Assembly: GCF_036588685.1 (NCBI RefSeq)
Contig: NC_086378.1
Location: 85,994,001 to 86,058,000, forward strand
DNA length: 64,000 bases
From: Mytilus trossulus
Taxonomy: Eukaryota
Direction of reading: 5' to 3'
This document shows positions 1-11,590 of the stretch, piece by piece. Numbering within the stretch: position 1 is the stretch's first letter; each line of letters opens with the position of its first letter. The position numbers and the translations under genes are program-made. The notes under the pieces are model-generated. The model was not told the DNA's origin. It saw only the letters and a list, made by a program, of their open reading frames with translations, and did no database searches.

Positions 1-303
1 ACATTTTGTATGAAGCGCTTCCGCGCTTCATTCTAAAAATGTACGCACGGTCAACGCTTTTACCACCCTATAAAGTTTCAAAAAGAAGTATTCAATACTT
101 ATAATTTCATTTTTTAAAGCTAAAATCATGAAAACACGATTTTTATCCAGTTTTATTTAATTCACCTGTGCACTTTTTTGTGGGACCTCGTGTCATCATG
201 CATGATAAATGTTATTGTCTGATGCAATTGTTTACGGAATAACATGTTAGCCAATCAGAATAACGTATTATAATGAAACTTACATCTAATGTAATTATTA
301 GTT

Positions 304-520
304 GATAGATAAAAGAAGATGTGGTATGAGTGTTTATGAGACAACTCTTCACCCAAATCACAGCTTGTAAAAATGTAAGTTTACCATTATAGGTCAAGAA
401 GGTCTTTAACACGGAGCCTTGGCTCACACCCAACAGCAATAAAGAGCGTCAAAAATGACTAGTGTAAAACCATTCAAACGGGAAAACCCATGGTCTAGTC
501 TATATACAAAACGAGAAACA
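304..520 (+). mobile_element. Abundant interspersed repeat (AAGAAGATGTGGTATGA..GCCAATGAGACAAC family), truncated copy
   Basis: Same motif recurs at ~1686-1825 (-), 4897-4936, 31540-31650, 43283-43595, 45535-45690, 47165-47420, 56279-56360 and 58870-58905 (-). Superfamily cannot be assigned from sequence alone. Confidence 0.7.
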
Positions 521-1685
521 AGGTTGTTTTTCCTAATAAACGTGAGACAACCTAAAATAGCCCAACTGCATCTAACGTTCGCGTCTCCGAATGTCTCGTT
601 GTGACGCTTGGCTTCGAATTCAAACTTAAATAAGGAGGGCCAGATCTTTTCTGTAAAGGTGTTTTATGCTTTTTTGAACTATTGTTTTGAAAATATATGT
701 TTTGTTAACTGTTAATGAACCACCTCTTGTCCCCTTTATATTTTACCCTGTTTTGCTTCTGCAGTAGTTACCTCACTGTTTGATTTAAAAATAAGAAAAG
801 CTTTATACCTCGTCTTGAACTGACAACCCGATAGTTTGTATCCTGCCCCTGTCGTCACGATGCAGTTTACTGTCATATCCATATTGTATGTGAAAAAGGC
901 GGTCATAAGTTGATAATACATCAGCCTGAAAAATACAAACATTTCTAATATTTCCAGAAGTTTATTTCATATCGATGCTGTATTTGGTCAGTCTTTCAAC
1001 CTTCAGTCTCTCAGCTTCATTTTCATACATTATAATGTAGTTATTACGGATATTAAGCCTAATTACAAATTCTAAACAAAAATACTATGCATCCATTTAG
1101 ATATGATTTTGTCAAGTAAGATTTTAAGTAACAAATAAAAGGAAAGACGCAAAAACCACAATACCAATAAAAACAGACAACACAGCGATCAAAAATGGAC
1201 AAAAACAACAATAACAAAACATTACACACCAAAAATAAAATAAGTCGGGGGAAATTATTTTTATGTAAAATTTACATTCCTTTTGTGTTATACTTACAAC
1301 AGTTTCTCGTTTTCTGTGGTCGTATACGGTAGTACAAACAGGGTCTAATTCTGACCGTGACCACGTTTTTATGCCTCGCCAATGCCTCGAGCCATCTCCG
1401 ACTGTAGCCAAGTGATTTCTTGTTATTCTTTCCGTTCTCTGTTGAAAAAATAATTATATTTTATATGACAGTACAATTGCAGAATAACAGTATTAATCGT
1501 CGGTTGTTGATAGGTCATCTAGGTAATATTGTTGATAATTCCAGGTATAGTATTGCCTCCTTAAATATGGTTACTTTTTGATCATTGATCATACTCTTTT
1601 TTTAAAAGTTATGGAAAAATGAAAAATAAAGTATTATCATGGGGTCGCTTAATTCGTTTTTCTTCTACAATATGCTAGTAATCAA

Positions 1686-1825
1686 GGCCTTTTATAGCTG
1701 ACTATACGGTATAGGCTTTGCTCATTGTTGAAGGCCGTACGGTGACCTATAGTTGTTAATGTCTATGTCATTTTGGTCTCTTGTGGACAGTTGTCTCATT
1801 GGCAATCCTACCACATCTTCTTTTT
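1686..1825 (-). mobile_element. Second copy of the GAAGATGTGG..GCCAATGAGACAAC interspersed repeat
   Basis: Plus strand reads GTTGTCTCATTGGCAATCCTACCACATCTTC, the reverse complement of the family 5' motif; colinear with the copy at 43283-43420. Confidence 0.75.
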
Positions 1826-2147
1826 ATATTCTTCTTCTTCTTCTTCCAAGAAAGGAACCGTATTCATGCTGAATGTGTATGGTCCCGTGAAAACTTAGCG
1901 CATTGCCGGGCAAGGCAGCAAGTCGTCTCAAAGTTATATACATTTAAAACATTCGCCAATATACAATCATTAAATTATGTACACTCTAAGCTATTCACTT
2001 CCTTCCTTTCAACTATAAAATAGAAAAAATGCAGTAATTGATCTTCCTTTGTAGATATGTGTGTAAGTAGATTGATTGACTTTTGGAACTTAAAACCCTT
2101 TTAAGGTCAGTAAAGGACTGGAACGTATCGTCAGGGGACCATGAATA

Positions 2148-2364
2148 CCGTATAGCGGGTTATTTTCGCGGGTGTAAAATTTCGCGTTTTTCATTGAATA
2201 AGGTATACGAAAAATTTTGGCGGTTATTATTTTGGCGGACTCAACATTTTTAACATTACCTTTGCATGTACACTTTTAAATTGGCGGAATTTATTTTGGC
2301 GATTTTGTTCTATCCGCGAAAATAAGCGAAAATTTACACCCCGCGAAAATAACCCGCTATACGG
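2148..2364. mobile_element. MITE, Tc1/mariner-type (TA target duplication)
   Basis: TA|CCGTATAGCGGGTTATTTTCGCGGGTGTAAAATTTCGC ... GCGAAAATTTACACCCCGCGAAAATAACCCGCTATACGG|TA: ~38-bp near-perfect TIRs. Confidence 0.85.
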
Positions 2365-2689
2365 TATTTTGATCGGGAGAATTACGGAAATTGTTACCCA
2401 CGCAAACAGAATGGTGGCGAAACCTATACTTACTGACAATACGTTTTTCCATATTCCATCTAGTTCTCCTGGATTTGGTTCACTCTTACCATACAAAGAC
2501 ATTCGTTTCCCATCATCATCCATGTTACAGCCGACTTCTCCTACACGTTTCAGACTTACGTTACTATGTTCTTATTAACGTTGTAAGTCTTTCCTGTCAC
2601 GTCATAAACGTTCTGTCATTGTTAAAGGAACAGTATCTATTATATAAAACATTCAGCACTATTTAGTTACTTCAATGATTATGGAAATA

Positions 2690-5600
2690 TCAAATTTTCA
2701 TTGTAGAAAGCTGTACCGGTAAATGATTAAGGATGACCAGTAGACGATATTACAGTCGGTCAAAGTCATTCATTGATTATAGACTTTTGTATCGGTATTG
2801 CTAGTTACGACCAGTTGAAAATACAACAGTCAGTCACACGTCCATTGTTGAATATTAGAAAAGCTGTATCGGTATTGTTTATTACGACCAGTTGACAATA
2901 TAACAGTCGGTGACACCTCTAGTATAGACTACAGAAAGCTGTACCGGTATTGATAATTATGACCAGCCGACAATATTACAGTCGTTAACACTTCTGACGT
3001 TGATGAAAGAAAGCTGTGCCGGTATTGTTAATTATGACCAGTAAACAATATTACAGTCAGCCATATGTCTGTCATTGATTATAGAAAGCTGTACCGGTAT
3101 TGTTAATTATGACCAGTAGACAATATAACAGTCAGTCATATGCCTGTCATTGATTATAGAAAGATGTACTGGTATTGTTAATTATGATCAGTAGACAATA
3201 TAACAGTCAGTCATATGCCTGTCATTGATTATAGAAAGATGTACTGGTATTGTTAATTATGATCAGTAGACAATATAACAGTCAGTCATATGCCTGTCAT
3301 TGATTATAGAAAACTGTACCGGTATTGTTATTATGACCAGTAAACAATATTACAGTCAGTCATATGCCTGTCATTTATTATAGAAAGCTGTACCGGTATT
3401 GTTATTATGACCAGTAGACAATATAACAGTCAGTCATATGCCTGTCATTGATTATAGAAAGCTGTACCGGTATTGTTATTATGACCAGTAAACAATATTA
3501 CAGTCAGTCATATGCCTGTCATTGATTATAGAAAGCTGTACCGGTATTGTTAATTATGACAGTAGACAATATTACAGTAGGTCACATGCCTGACATTGAT
3601 TATAAAAAGCTGTACCGGTATTGTTAATTATGACCAGTAGACAATATTACAGTAGGTCACATGTCTGTCATTGATCATAGAAAGCTGTACCGGTATTGTT
3701 AATTATGACAAGAAGACAATATTACAGTAGGTCACATGTCTGTCATTGATTATATAAAGCTGTACCGGTATTGTTAATTATGACCAGTAGACAATATTAC
3801 AGTAGGTCACATGTCTGTCATTGATTATAGAAAGCTGTACCGGTATTGTTAATTATGACCAGTAGACAATATTACAGTAGGTCACATGTCTGTCATTGAT
3901 TATAGAAAGCTGTACCGGTATTGTTAATTATGACCAGTAGACAATGTGTACAGTAGGTCACATGTCTGTCATTGATTATAGAAAGCTGTACCGGTATTGT
4001 TATTATGACCAGTAAACAATATTACAGTCAGCCATATGTCTGTCATTGATTATAGAAAGCTGTACCGGTATTGTTATTATGACCAGTAGACAATATTACA
4101 GTCAGTCATATGTCTATCATTGATTATAGACAGCTGTACCGGTATTGTTAATTATGACCAGTAGACAATATTACAGTCAGTCATATGTCTGTCATTGATT
4201 ATAGAAAGCTGTACCGGTATTGTTATTATGACCAGTAGACAATATTACAGTCAGTCATATGTCTGTCATTGATTATAGAAAGCTGTACCGGTATTGTTAT
4301 TATGACCAGTAAACAATATTACAGTCAGCCATATGTCTGTCATTGATTATAGAAAGCTGTACCGGTATTGTTATTATGACCAGTAGACAATATTACAGTC
4401 AGTCATATGTCTGTCATTGATTATAGAAAGCTGTACCGGTATTGTTATTATGACCAGTAAACAATATAACAGTCAGCCATATGTCTGTCATTGATTATAG
4501 AAAGCTGTACCGGTATTGTTAACTATGACCAGTAGACAATATTACAGTCAGTCATATGTATGTCATTGATTATAGAAAGCTGTACCGGTATTGTTATTAT
4601 GACCAGTAAACAATATTACAGTCAGCCATATGTCTGTCATTGATAATAGAAAGCTGTACCGGTATTGTTATTATGACCAGTAAACAATATTACAGTCAGT
4701 CATATGTCTGTCATTGATTATAGAAAGCTGTACCGGTATTGTTATTATGACCAGCAAACAATATTACAGTCAGCCATATGTCTGTCATTGATTATAGAAA
4801 GCTGTACCGGTATTGTTAATTATGACCAGTAAACAATATTACAGTCAGTCATATGTCTGTCATTGATTAAATAAGGCTGTACCAATATTGTTTATGATAG
4901 ATATAGGAAGATGTGATGTGAGTGCCAATGAGACAAGTAATATTACAGTAGGTCACATGTCTGTCATTAAATATAGAAAGCAGTACCATCCGGTATTGTT
5001 TATACTGCCAGTAGAGAATATTACAGTCGGTCACATGTCTGTCATTGATTATTGAAAGCTGTACAGGTATTGTTTATAATGACTAGTAGGCAGTATTACT
5101 GTCAGCCATATGTCTGTCATTGATCATAGAAAGCTGTACAGGTATTGTAAATTATGACCAGTAGACAATATTACAGTCAGCCATATGTCTGTCATTGATT
5201 ATAGAAAGCTGTACCGATATTGTTATTATGACCAGTAGACAATATTACAGTAGGTCACATGTCTGCCATTGATTATAGAAAGCTGTACCGGTATTGTTAT
5301 TATGACCAGTAAACAATATTACAGTCAGTCATATGTCTGTCATTGATTATAGAAAGCTGTACCGGTATTGTTATAATGACCAGTAAACAATATTACAGTC
5401 AGCCATATGTCTGTCATTGATTATAGAAAGCTGTACCGGTATTGTTATTATGACCAGTAGACAATATTACAGTCAGTCATATGTCTGTCATTGATTATAG
5501 AAAGCTGTACCGGTATTGTTATTATGACCAGTAAACAATATTACAGTCAGCCATATGTCTGTCATTGATTATAGAAAGCTGTACCGGTATTGTTATTATG

Positions 5601-5720
5601 ACCAGTAGACAATATTACAGTCAGTCATATGTCTGTCATTGATTATAGAAAGCTGTACCGGTATTGTTATTATGACCAGTAAACAATATTACAGTCAGCC
5701 ATATGTCTGTCATTGATTAT
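2690..5720. repeat. Satellite DNA, 74-75 bp monomer, subfamily A (left of the LTR element)
   Basis: Tandem GATTATAGAAAGCTGTACCGGTATTGTTA(A)TTATGACCAGTAGACAATATTACAGTCAGTCATATGTCTGTCATT; degenerate at the left edge, homogeneous from ~3060. Confidence 0.95.
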
Positions 5721-5887
5721 TATCGTAAAGTGGTTTTACTAAAAACTGCATGTAATAACAAAGACGTCTAAACTGTATGAATTTGTATTGAAGACTAAAG
5801 ATACAATATTAACGTCATAAGAACACGACGTCCGATCTAAAATGATGGCGCGTTACGTTAACGTTCTTCTGTGCGTAATTTCTAACA
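5721..5887 (-). repeat. 3' LTR of BEL/Pao element
   Basis: Base-for-base match to 11424-11590; minus strand starts TGTTAG and ends ACGATA. Confidence 0.95.
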
Positions 5888-6010
5888 TTCTCCGGCCCAC
5901 GAAAAGTAAAAATTTAAAACTTGTAAAATAATTAAAGTCTCTCGGTTAAAAAAACTTTTACCACAGTTCATAATATAATGTCACTTTGAATTTAACGTTC
6001 GATTATCTGT

Positions 6011-9000
6011 TCATGTTCTCCCTGTAGTCAAAGTCCTGATTCGTTCTACTGCTACACGTTTTGCCTTGCGATCTTTCGGTGAGTTTGAATCATGATCCTG
6101 TTCCTTTGTGTCGCATGTGTTGACTTCATTCGTACTTATTTCCAAAGGGTAAAGTTTCTTTATTGGCCTTGATGTTATTCCGTTTTTCGTTCTTAACATA
6201 ACTGACCTTATGAGTCCATCTTGTCCAAAAACAAGTTCTTTTATAATAGCTAGTTGCCAATTAATCCTGGGAGTTTCGTCGTATATTTGAACGATGTCAC
6301 CAACTTTGATATCCTGTTCCTTATTACCGTTGATGCGATGAAATTCGCGTAAAGCGGTTAAATATTCCTTCTTCCATCTACACCAGAAATACTTAATTAT
6401 CTGGCATTGTACTGTATAAAGTTTGTTTGAGGAAGAATGCGTAAAGTCTTGTACAAGGTTGTCGTCGACGTGTTGGTTGCTAGGATACGGTAATGATACG
6501 ATTTTCCTTCCATATAATAAATGAGATGGAGTCAGTGGGTCCTCGTCTATCGGATCTGTAGATATGTATGTCAACGGACGGTCATTTAGAATCGCCTCTA
6601 CTTCTATTACTGTAGTATTAAGTACATCTAAACTCACATAAGATCGTCCTAAAACTTTCTTGATACAATTTTTTGTTAATCCAATAAGTCTTTCCCAAAA
6701 ACCGCCATACCAAGGCGCTCGCTTCGGTATGAACTTCCACTCTGTCCCTTGACTATTCAATGTTGCTTGAAGTGTTGGTGATGAAGTTAGCCTTTCAATT
6801 TCTTTCGCTGATGCTACATATGTTGTCGCATTGTCAGATAACATGATTTTTGGGAGTGATTTCCTACTTGAGAATCTACGGAAAGCTAAAATAAACTGTT
6901 CTTCTGTTAAATCTGTAACTATTTCTAAGTGTACAGCTCTGGTGCTAGCGCACGTAAAAAGACATATGTATGCCTTACTGTCTTTTCCATTCTTATTCCT
7001 TACTTTTAACGCTCCAGTAAAATCTACACCAGTAACAGTAAAAGGAGGCGCTTCGCGCAGTCTGTCTTTTGGTAAAGGTGGTGCTTCTGGGGTACGGTAA
7101 TGTTGTCCTGTAACTTTTTTACATGTGACGCATTTACGCAAAATAGTTTTCACGTTTTGACGGATTTGCGGTATCCAGTAAGATTGTCTCAATAATGTAA
7201 CTGTGCCGTTAACTCCTGAATGTAAGCTTCGCTTATGTGCATCTTGTATTATCAAATTTGTGAGTTTGTCATGTGCTGGTAAAAGTATCGGATATTTCGC
7301 CATATCGCTAATCGGTGCATTGTGTATTCTTCCCGCACAACGAACTAATTTGTCCTCGTCCAAATATAATTTAAGTTGTTTGAACAGAGAATGTTTTGAC
7401 TTTCCAGTTCTTTCTAAATCGACGTAAATATCCAAGTATCTGTTTTGTTGAATATCTTTTATCCACATTAATGCTGATCTGTCTATTTCATTCACGGCCA
7501 ATTGACTAGTGGTCCTTTGTCTTGTCCTACAATTTTCAATAAATCTGATGACGTAGGCAGTAACATGTAGCAACTTATTGGAAGTGTCAAACCTTGAAAT
7601 GTCTACTATTCCAGAAATATGGGCAATGTTAATAGAATTCCTGTCTGTGTTATCCTCGGTAGTTTGTGTATTTTCTGTGTCTTCTAAATTTGTAAGAATT
7701 ATTGTTTCATTGCCATTCCACTTAGGCCACAAGTTTTCTTCGTTAATCCACGTTGGTCCTTTAAACCAGAGGTCGCTGTCGGCAAATTTATCAAAGTCTA
7801 CTCCACGCGATAAAAGGTCAGCTGGATTTGAGTTCGTTGGGCAATATTTCCATTGGTATTTCTCTTTAAGTTTCTTGATCTCTTGTACTCTGTTTCTTGT
7901 GAAGACGTTAAGCGGTTTTGTTGTGTTCATCCACTGCAAGACAATTTGGCTGTCAGTCCATAAAAATGCGGTAGAAAAATGTATATTTTTTCCTATATAA
8001 TCCAATAACCTTGCGCCAATTACTGCTCCCATTAACTCTAGCTTTGGTATTGTTATCTGTTTTAACGGAGCAACTCTGCTTTTTGCCATAACAAGCGAAC
8101 TTTGTTTTTCTGTCACAATATATGCGCATGCTCCGTAAGCTTTAGCACTTGCATCAGTAAATATATGTAGGGTTGAGTTCGAAATATCTTCCTCTCCTTG
8201 AAGGTACATGCGGGGTATTTCCGTTTCTAGCGCCTTTTCTGTATTTTGAGCGATTTCTGTCCATTGTTTTGTAAATTCTGACGATAACGACTGGTCCCAA
8301 TCATGTCCATTCGTCCATAACTCCTGTAAAAACATTTTATTTCTCACTGTGATTGGGCTTAAAATTCCCAACAGGTCGTATATTCTAGATGTCTGTTTTA
8401 GTACATCTCGTTTTGTAACAGCTTTGTTTTTATTACCAAGTGCATCCTTTTTAGCAAATGTAATTGTGTCTTTCTCAGCATTCCATTTTAAACCAAGTAC
8501 CTTGATAATTTTGTCATTGTCCACAACACTGTCTTTTCTTGCAAATTCCTGTAATATCTCACTATTTGAAGCCCATGATCTAAGATTAAATCCTGCGTTG
8601 GCAAATAATGGTCGAGTCTGGTTGTAGTAATTTATTAAATCGTTTTCTTCTGAAAAACTTGAAATAATGTTGTCGACGTACAGGTCATTTGTTAACCTCT
8701 CTGTCCAGGTGCACACGTTGTCTTTCAAATGTTTCAGCAAAACAGCATTCAAAATAAAAGGAGAGCATGTTGCACCGAAAAGAACGGATTTAAAACGGTA
8801 AGTTACTAACTGTCCTGTTGGGTCTGTTGGGTTGCTGTACCAATAAAATCTTGTAACGTCTCTGTCCTTTTCTTCTAGTCCCACATTAAGAAACGCTTTC
8901 TCGATGTCTGTTGTTACTGCATATTTATGTAGACGAAACCTGAGAAGTATTGCAGCTATGTCGTTCAGATTTGGTGGAATGTTTAGTAAACAATCATTCA

Positions 9001-11407
9001 GTGAAGGGATATCAGGTGTTTCACGGCAACTGCAGTCGTACACTATTCTTATTGGGGTAGTTGCAGAATCCTTTTTCACCGGGTGGTGTGGAATATAATG
9101 TACTTTTCTGTCTTGTGGAATTTTGTCGTCAACTTTTTCTATAAAGCCTCTTCTCTGCTGTTCTGCGATGATTTCTCCATATTTTGTTAACATGTTTGGA
9201 TCTTTTCTTAATCTATTAACAACGTTTACTGTCCGTCGATATGCAATATGTCTATTCAATGGTAGTGTTGGGTGGTCCTCTTTCCATGGAAGTTTTGCAA
9301 AATAGCGGTTGTCATAGTAACGGATCGAAGTTTTTTCATACACGTCCTGAAATTCCTGATTAAACTTAAAATCGGCGTCCATATTCTCGGTCCCAGTTGT
9401 TTCTATCTTCCAGAACTTTTCTAGATCAAACTCTTCTCGTTTGGTTGAAACAATTACATTCATCATTGATGCGTTTGTGTTCACTGAGTGGGTTCCTTTC
9501 AGAGGTCCTGAGAGTAGATATCCTAGTTTGGACCTTACTGCTGTAGGTCCCTCGCCTCTGATGTTCTCATCCTCAACTATGTTCCAATATTGGTCAGCTC
9601 CAATAAGTAATCCTATTTCAAATGATGCATCTTTATTTACGGCGTGAGCTAATCTTAAATGTTGTAAATACGGCATAGTTTTGGCAGTATGAATGTAAGT
9701 CGTCAATGGTGCGGCTATTTTTGGTACAATTAAAACATCTACTGAAATATGGTCGCCATAAATAGTCTGTAACTTAACTGTTGCAGTATCTAGTTGTTGA
9801 ACTCTGCTGTTCTTGTCAGTGTCTCCAAATCCCGATAATGCTATTGCCTCTCTTCCTGTTGGTCTTATATCTAATGTATCTGCTACTTGCCTAGTTATAA
9901 ACGACCTTTGGGCGCCTTCGTCGAAAAGTATATTGGTGTCAATTGTTTGTCCTCTGTAGTTTAGTGGTGCAATTGTGGTCTTCAACAAAACATTTGGGCG
10001 ATCACGGCCTAGAGATGAATATAAAACTGTTGTCTCAGATTCCTCCGCGTTGTGTGTTTGTACTGTACATGTACTACTTGTACTTGCAGTTTCTTTGTCG
10101 TGGTCTTTGTTGCATAGGCTTGTGTGGTGACGTCTTTTACATTTTTTGCAGTTTGATTTTGATTTACAATCTGCTACACTGTGTCGCCCTAAACAATTAA
10201 AGCACAGTCTTTCCTTTTTTACAATTGTCATGCGGTCGTTTGGATCAGTATATTTAGTACATTCTGATGAATAGTGGGGCTCCTTGCAGTATGCACAGTT
10301 TATGGTATGAGATTTCTGTGTTGAATTGGTTGAATTGTTTTTTGGCCAGATTTTACGTGATTTTGTATTTGTGTAGAACGTAGCTGTAGCGCTCGGACTC
10401 TCACCTGTTTCTGTACTGTTACCAGACTCTAAAATGGCCAGCTCCTTAAAGATAGATCTCCTAAGATCACCGAGAAACCAATCTGTTGAACCGTGTTCAC
10501 GAGTCAGGTTTTTGCGTATTTCACTGGGCATTTTGTTGAGTATGACTGGTACTAATAACGAGCCGTATGAGTCTTGAGCCTGTCCGAGAGATTCAAGGCC
10601 TCGTATGTATGTTTCTGTCCTGTCGTAGTAGCTTCTAAGGTGCGTAAGCGTATTCTTTGGTGCGGGTATGTCTAGTAATGCTTGCATGTACGACTGAATT
10701 ATCTTATGCTTTTGTCCGAATCTTTCATGTATGAGTTCAATAGCTTTGTTGTAGTTTGTGTGCGTAAGAGCAAATCCGGCAATGGTGTATGACGCTTCTC
10801 CTTCTAGTAAAGATTTTAGGTAGTTGAACTTTTGAACGTCGGTTAGAGTGTTGTTGTTGTGAATTGCGGAATCAAAAGAATCCCAAAAGGATTGCCATTC
10901 AAGTACGTTTCCGTCAAATGTAGGTAAATTCAATTTCGGTAGTTTATGAAAGTTGCTGCTATTGACGCTTGAATTTGAACGTAAAGACGTGAAATTGAGG
11001 TCAGTATTTTGTGAGTCATCTCTTATGCTATATACAGGACCAACATTTTGAATGGGTTGCAGTATCTCATTGTGTGGCGAAAAACTTCTAGCGGCTGCAT
11101 TTAAATTTGATGTTTGAGCTTGAATAAATTTACGAATTTTGCGTATTTTCGTCTCTAAATTAAATTTATACTCATCTGTGTCAAGTATCTCTTGCTCTAT
11201 ATCCTCCTCTTGTACACTATCCAAAATGTTCTTATCCAAATCCTTTAGAATATCTTGCTTTTCCTTCAATGTATCCAAAATTGTTTCTAACTCGTCCTCT
11301 TCCGGTTTATCTTCTGTTTCACTTCTCTCCTCAAATCTTCTTAAAATCCTAGAAACTGCGCTTCTGTGTCCCGCTCGAATAGATTTAAGCTTTGTAGTCA
11401 TCTTCAT
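6011..11407 (-). CDS. BEL/Pao Gag-Pol polyprotein, 1798 aa (Gag with three zinc knuckles, aspartic protease, RT, RNase H, integrase)
   Basis: LPKLNLPTFDG..WQSFWDSF gag motif; CAYCKEPHYSSEC / CFNCLGRHSVADC / CKKCKRRHHTSLC knuckles; LFDEGAQRSF protease; DIEKAFL, FGATCSPF and LYVDN RT; FTDASAKAYGAC RNase H; HHCC zinc finger plus GVDF, SDNA and WERL integrase; FWCRWKKEYL C-terminal domain. First ATG is at 11407 (MKMTTK). Confidence 0.96.
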   Translation of the reverse strand: MKMTTKLKSIRAGHRSAVSRILRRFEERSETEDKPEEDELETILDTLKEKQDILKDLDKNILDSVQEEDIEQEILDTDEYKFNLETKIRKIRKFIQAQTSNLNAAARSFSPHNEILQPIQNVGPVYSIRDDSQNTDLNFTSLRSNSSVNSSNFHKLPKLNLPTFDGNVLEWQSFWDSFDSAIHNNNTLTDVQKFNYLKSLLEGEASYTIAGFALTHTNYNKAIELIHERFGQKHKIIQSYMQALLDIPAPKNTLTHLRSYYDRTETYIRGLESLGQAQDSYGSLLVPVILNKMPSEIRKNLTREHGSTDWFLGDLRRSIFKELAILESGNSTETGESPSATATFYTNTKSRKIWPKNNSTNSTQKSHTINCAYCKEPHYSSECTKYTDPNDRMTIVKKERLCFNCLGRHSVADCKSKSNCKKCKRRHHTSLCNKDHDKETASTSSTCTVQTHNAEESETTVLYSSLGRDRPNVLLKTTIAPLNYRGQTIDTNILFDEGAQRSFITRQVADTLDIRPTGREAIALSGFGDTDKNSRVQQLDTATVKLQTIYGDHISVDVLIVPKIAAPLTTYIHTAKTMPYLQHLRLAHAVNKDASFEIGLLIGADQYWNIVEDENIRGEGPTAVRSKLGYLLSGPLKGTHSVNTNASMMNVIVSTKREEFDLEKFWKIETTGTENMDADFKFNQEFQDVYEKTSIRYYDNRYFAKLPWKEDHPTLPLNRHIAYRRTVNVVNRLRKDPNMLTKYGEIIAEQQRRGFIEKVDDKIPQDRKVHYIPHHPVKKDSATTPIRIVYDCSCRETPDIPSLNDCLLNIPPNLNDIAAILLRFRLHKYAVTTDIEKAFLNVGLEEKDRDVTRFYWYSNPTDPTGQLVTYRFKSVLFGATCSPFILNAVLLKHLKDNVCTWTERLTNDLYVDNIISSFSEENDLINYYNQTRPLFANAGFNLRSWASNSEILQEFARKDSVVDNDKIIKVLGLKWNAEKDTITFAKKDALGNKNKAVTKRDVLKQTSRIYDLLGILSPITVRNKMFLQELWTNGHDWDQSLSSEFTKQWTEIAQNTEKALETEIPRMYLQGEEDISNSTLHIFTDASAKAYGACAYIVTEKQSSLVMAKSRVAPLKQITIPKLELMGAVIGARLLDYIGKNIHFSTAFLWTDSQIVLQWMNTTKPLNVFTRNRVQEIKKLKEKYQWKYCPTNSNPADLLSRGVDFDKFADSDLWFKGPTWINEENLWPKWNGNETIILTNLEDTENTQTTEDNTDRNSINIAHISGIVDISRFDTSNKLLHVTAYVIRFIENCRTRQRTTSQLAVNEIDRSALMWIKDIQQNRYLDIYVDLERTGKSKHSLFKQLKLYLDEDKLVRCAGRIHNAPISDMAKYPILLPAHDKLTNLIIQDAHKRSLHSGVNGTVTLLRQSYWIPQIRQNVKTILRKCVTCKKVTGQHYRTPEAPPLPKDRLREAPPFTVTGVDFTGALKVRNKNGKDSKAYICLFTCASTRAVHLEIVTDLTEEQFILAFRRFSSRKSLPKIMLSDNATTYVASAKEIERLTSSPTLQATLNSQGTEWKFIPKRAPWYGGFWERLIGLTKNCIKKVLGRSYVSLDVLNTTVIEVEAILNDRPLTYISTDPIDEDPLTPSHLLYGRKIVSLPYPSNQHVDDNLVQDFTHSSSNKLYTVQCQIIKYFWCRWKKEYLTALREFHRINGNKEQDIKVGDIVQIYDETPRINWQLAIIKELVFGQDGLIRSVMLRTKNGITSRPIKKLYPLEISTNEVNTCDTKEQDHDSNSPKDRKAKRVAVERIRTLTTGRT

Positions 11408-11422
11408 CTGGTCACGGTACCA
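11408..11422 (-). other. Primer binding site, tRNA-His type
   Basis: TGGTACCGTGACCAG is complementary (one mismatch) to the 3' end of invertebrate tRNA-His as I recall it (..CUGGUCACGGCACCA). Confidence 0.75.
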
Positions 11423-11423
11423 A

Positions 11424-11590
11424 TATCGTAAAGTGGTTTTACTAAAAACTGCATGTAATAACAAAGACGTCTAAACTGTATGAATTTGTATTGAAGACTA
11501 AAGATACAATATTAACGTCATAAGAACACGACGTCCGATCTAAAATGATGGCGCGTTACGTTAACGTTCTTCTGTGCGTAATTTCTAACA
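11424..11590 (-). repeat. 5' LTR of BEL/Pao element
   Basis: Identical to 5721-5887; followed by the PBS on the minus strand. Confidence 0.95.

Larger units (their letters stand above)
5721..11590 (-). mobile_element. Full-length BEL/Pao LTR retrotransposon
   Basis: 167-bp LTRs at 5721-5887 and 11424-11590 read identical. 5-bp TSD ATTAT (5716-5720, 11591-11595). PBS TGGTACCGTGACCAG follows the 5' LTR; PPT-like GGGCCGGAGAA precedes the 3' LTR. Single gag-pol ORF. Confidence 0.97.

Noticed and set aside
631-1564. Kolobok-like element ending ..TATTGCCTCC|TTAA
   Set aside because: Only one convincing terminus; I could not pair a left TIR.
11408-11464. 19-aa N-terminal extension of the polyprotein given by the ORF track
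   Set aside because: It starts at a non-ATG codon inside the LTR and crosses the PBS; the first ATG is at 11407.
6831-11474. Plus-strand ORFs overlapping the retrotransposon
   Set aside because: Antisense shadows of the gag-pol frame with no independent motifs.
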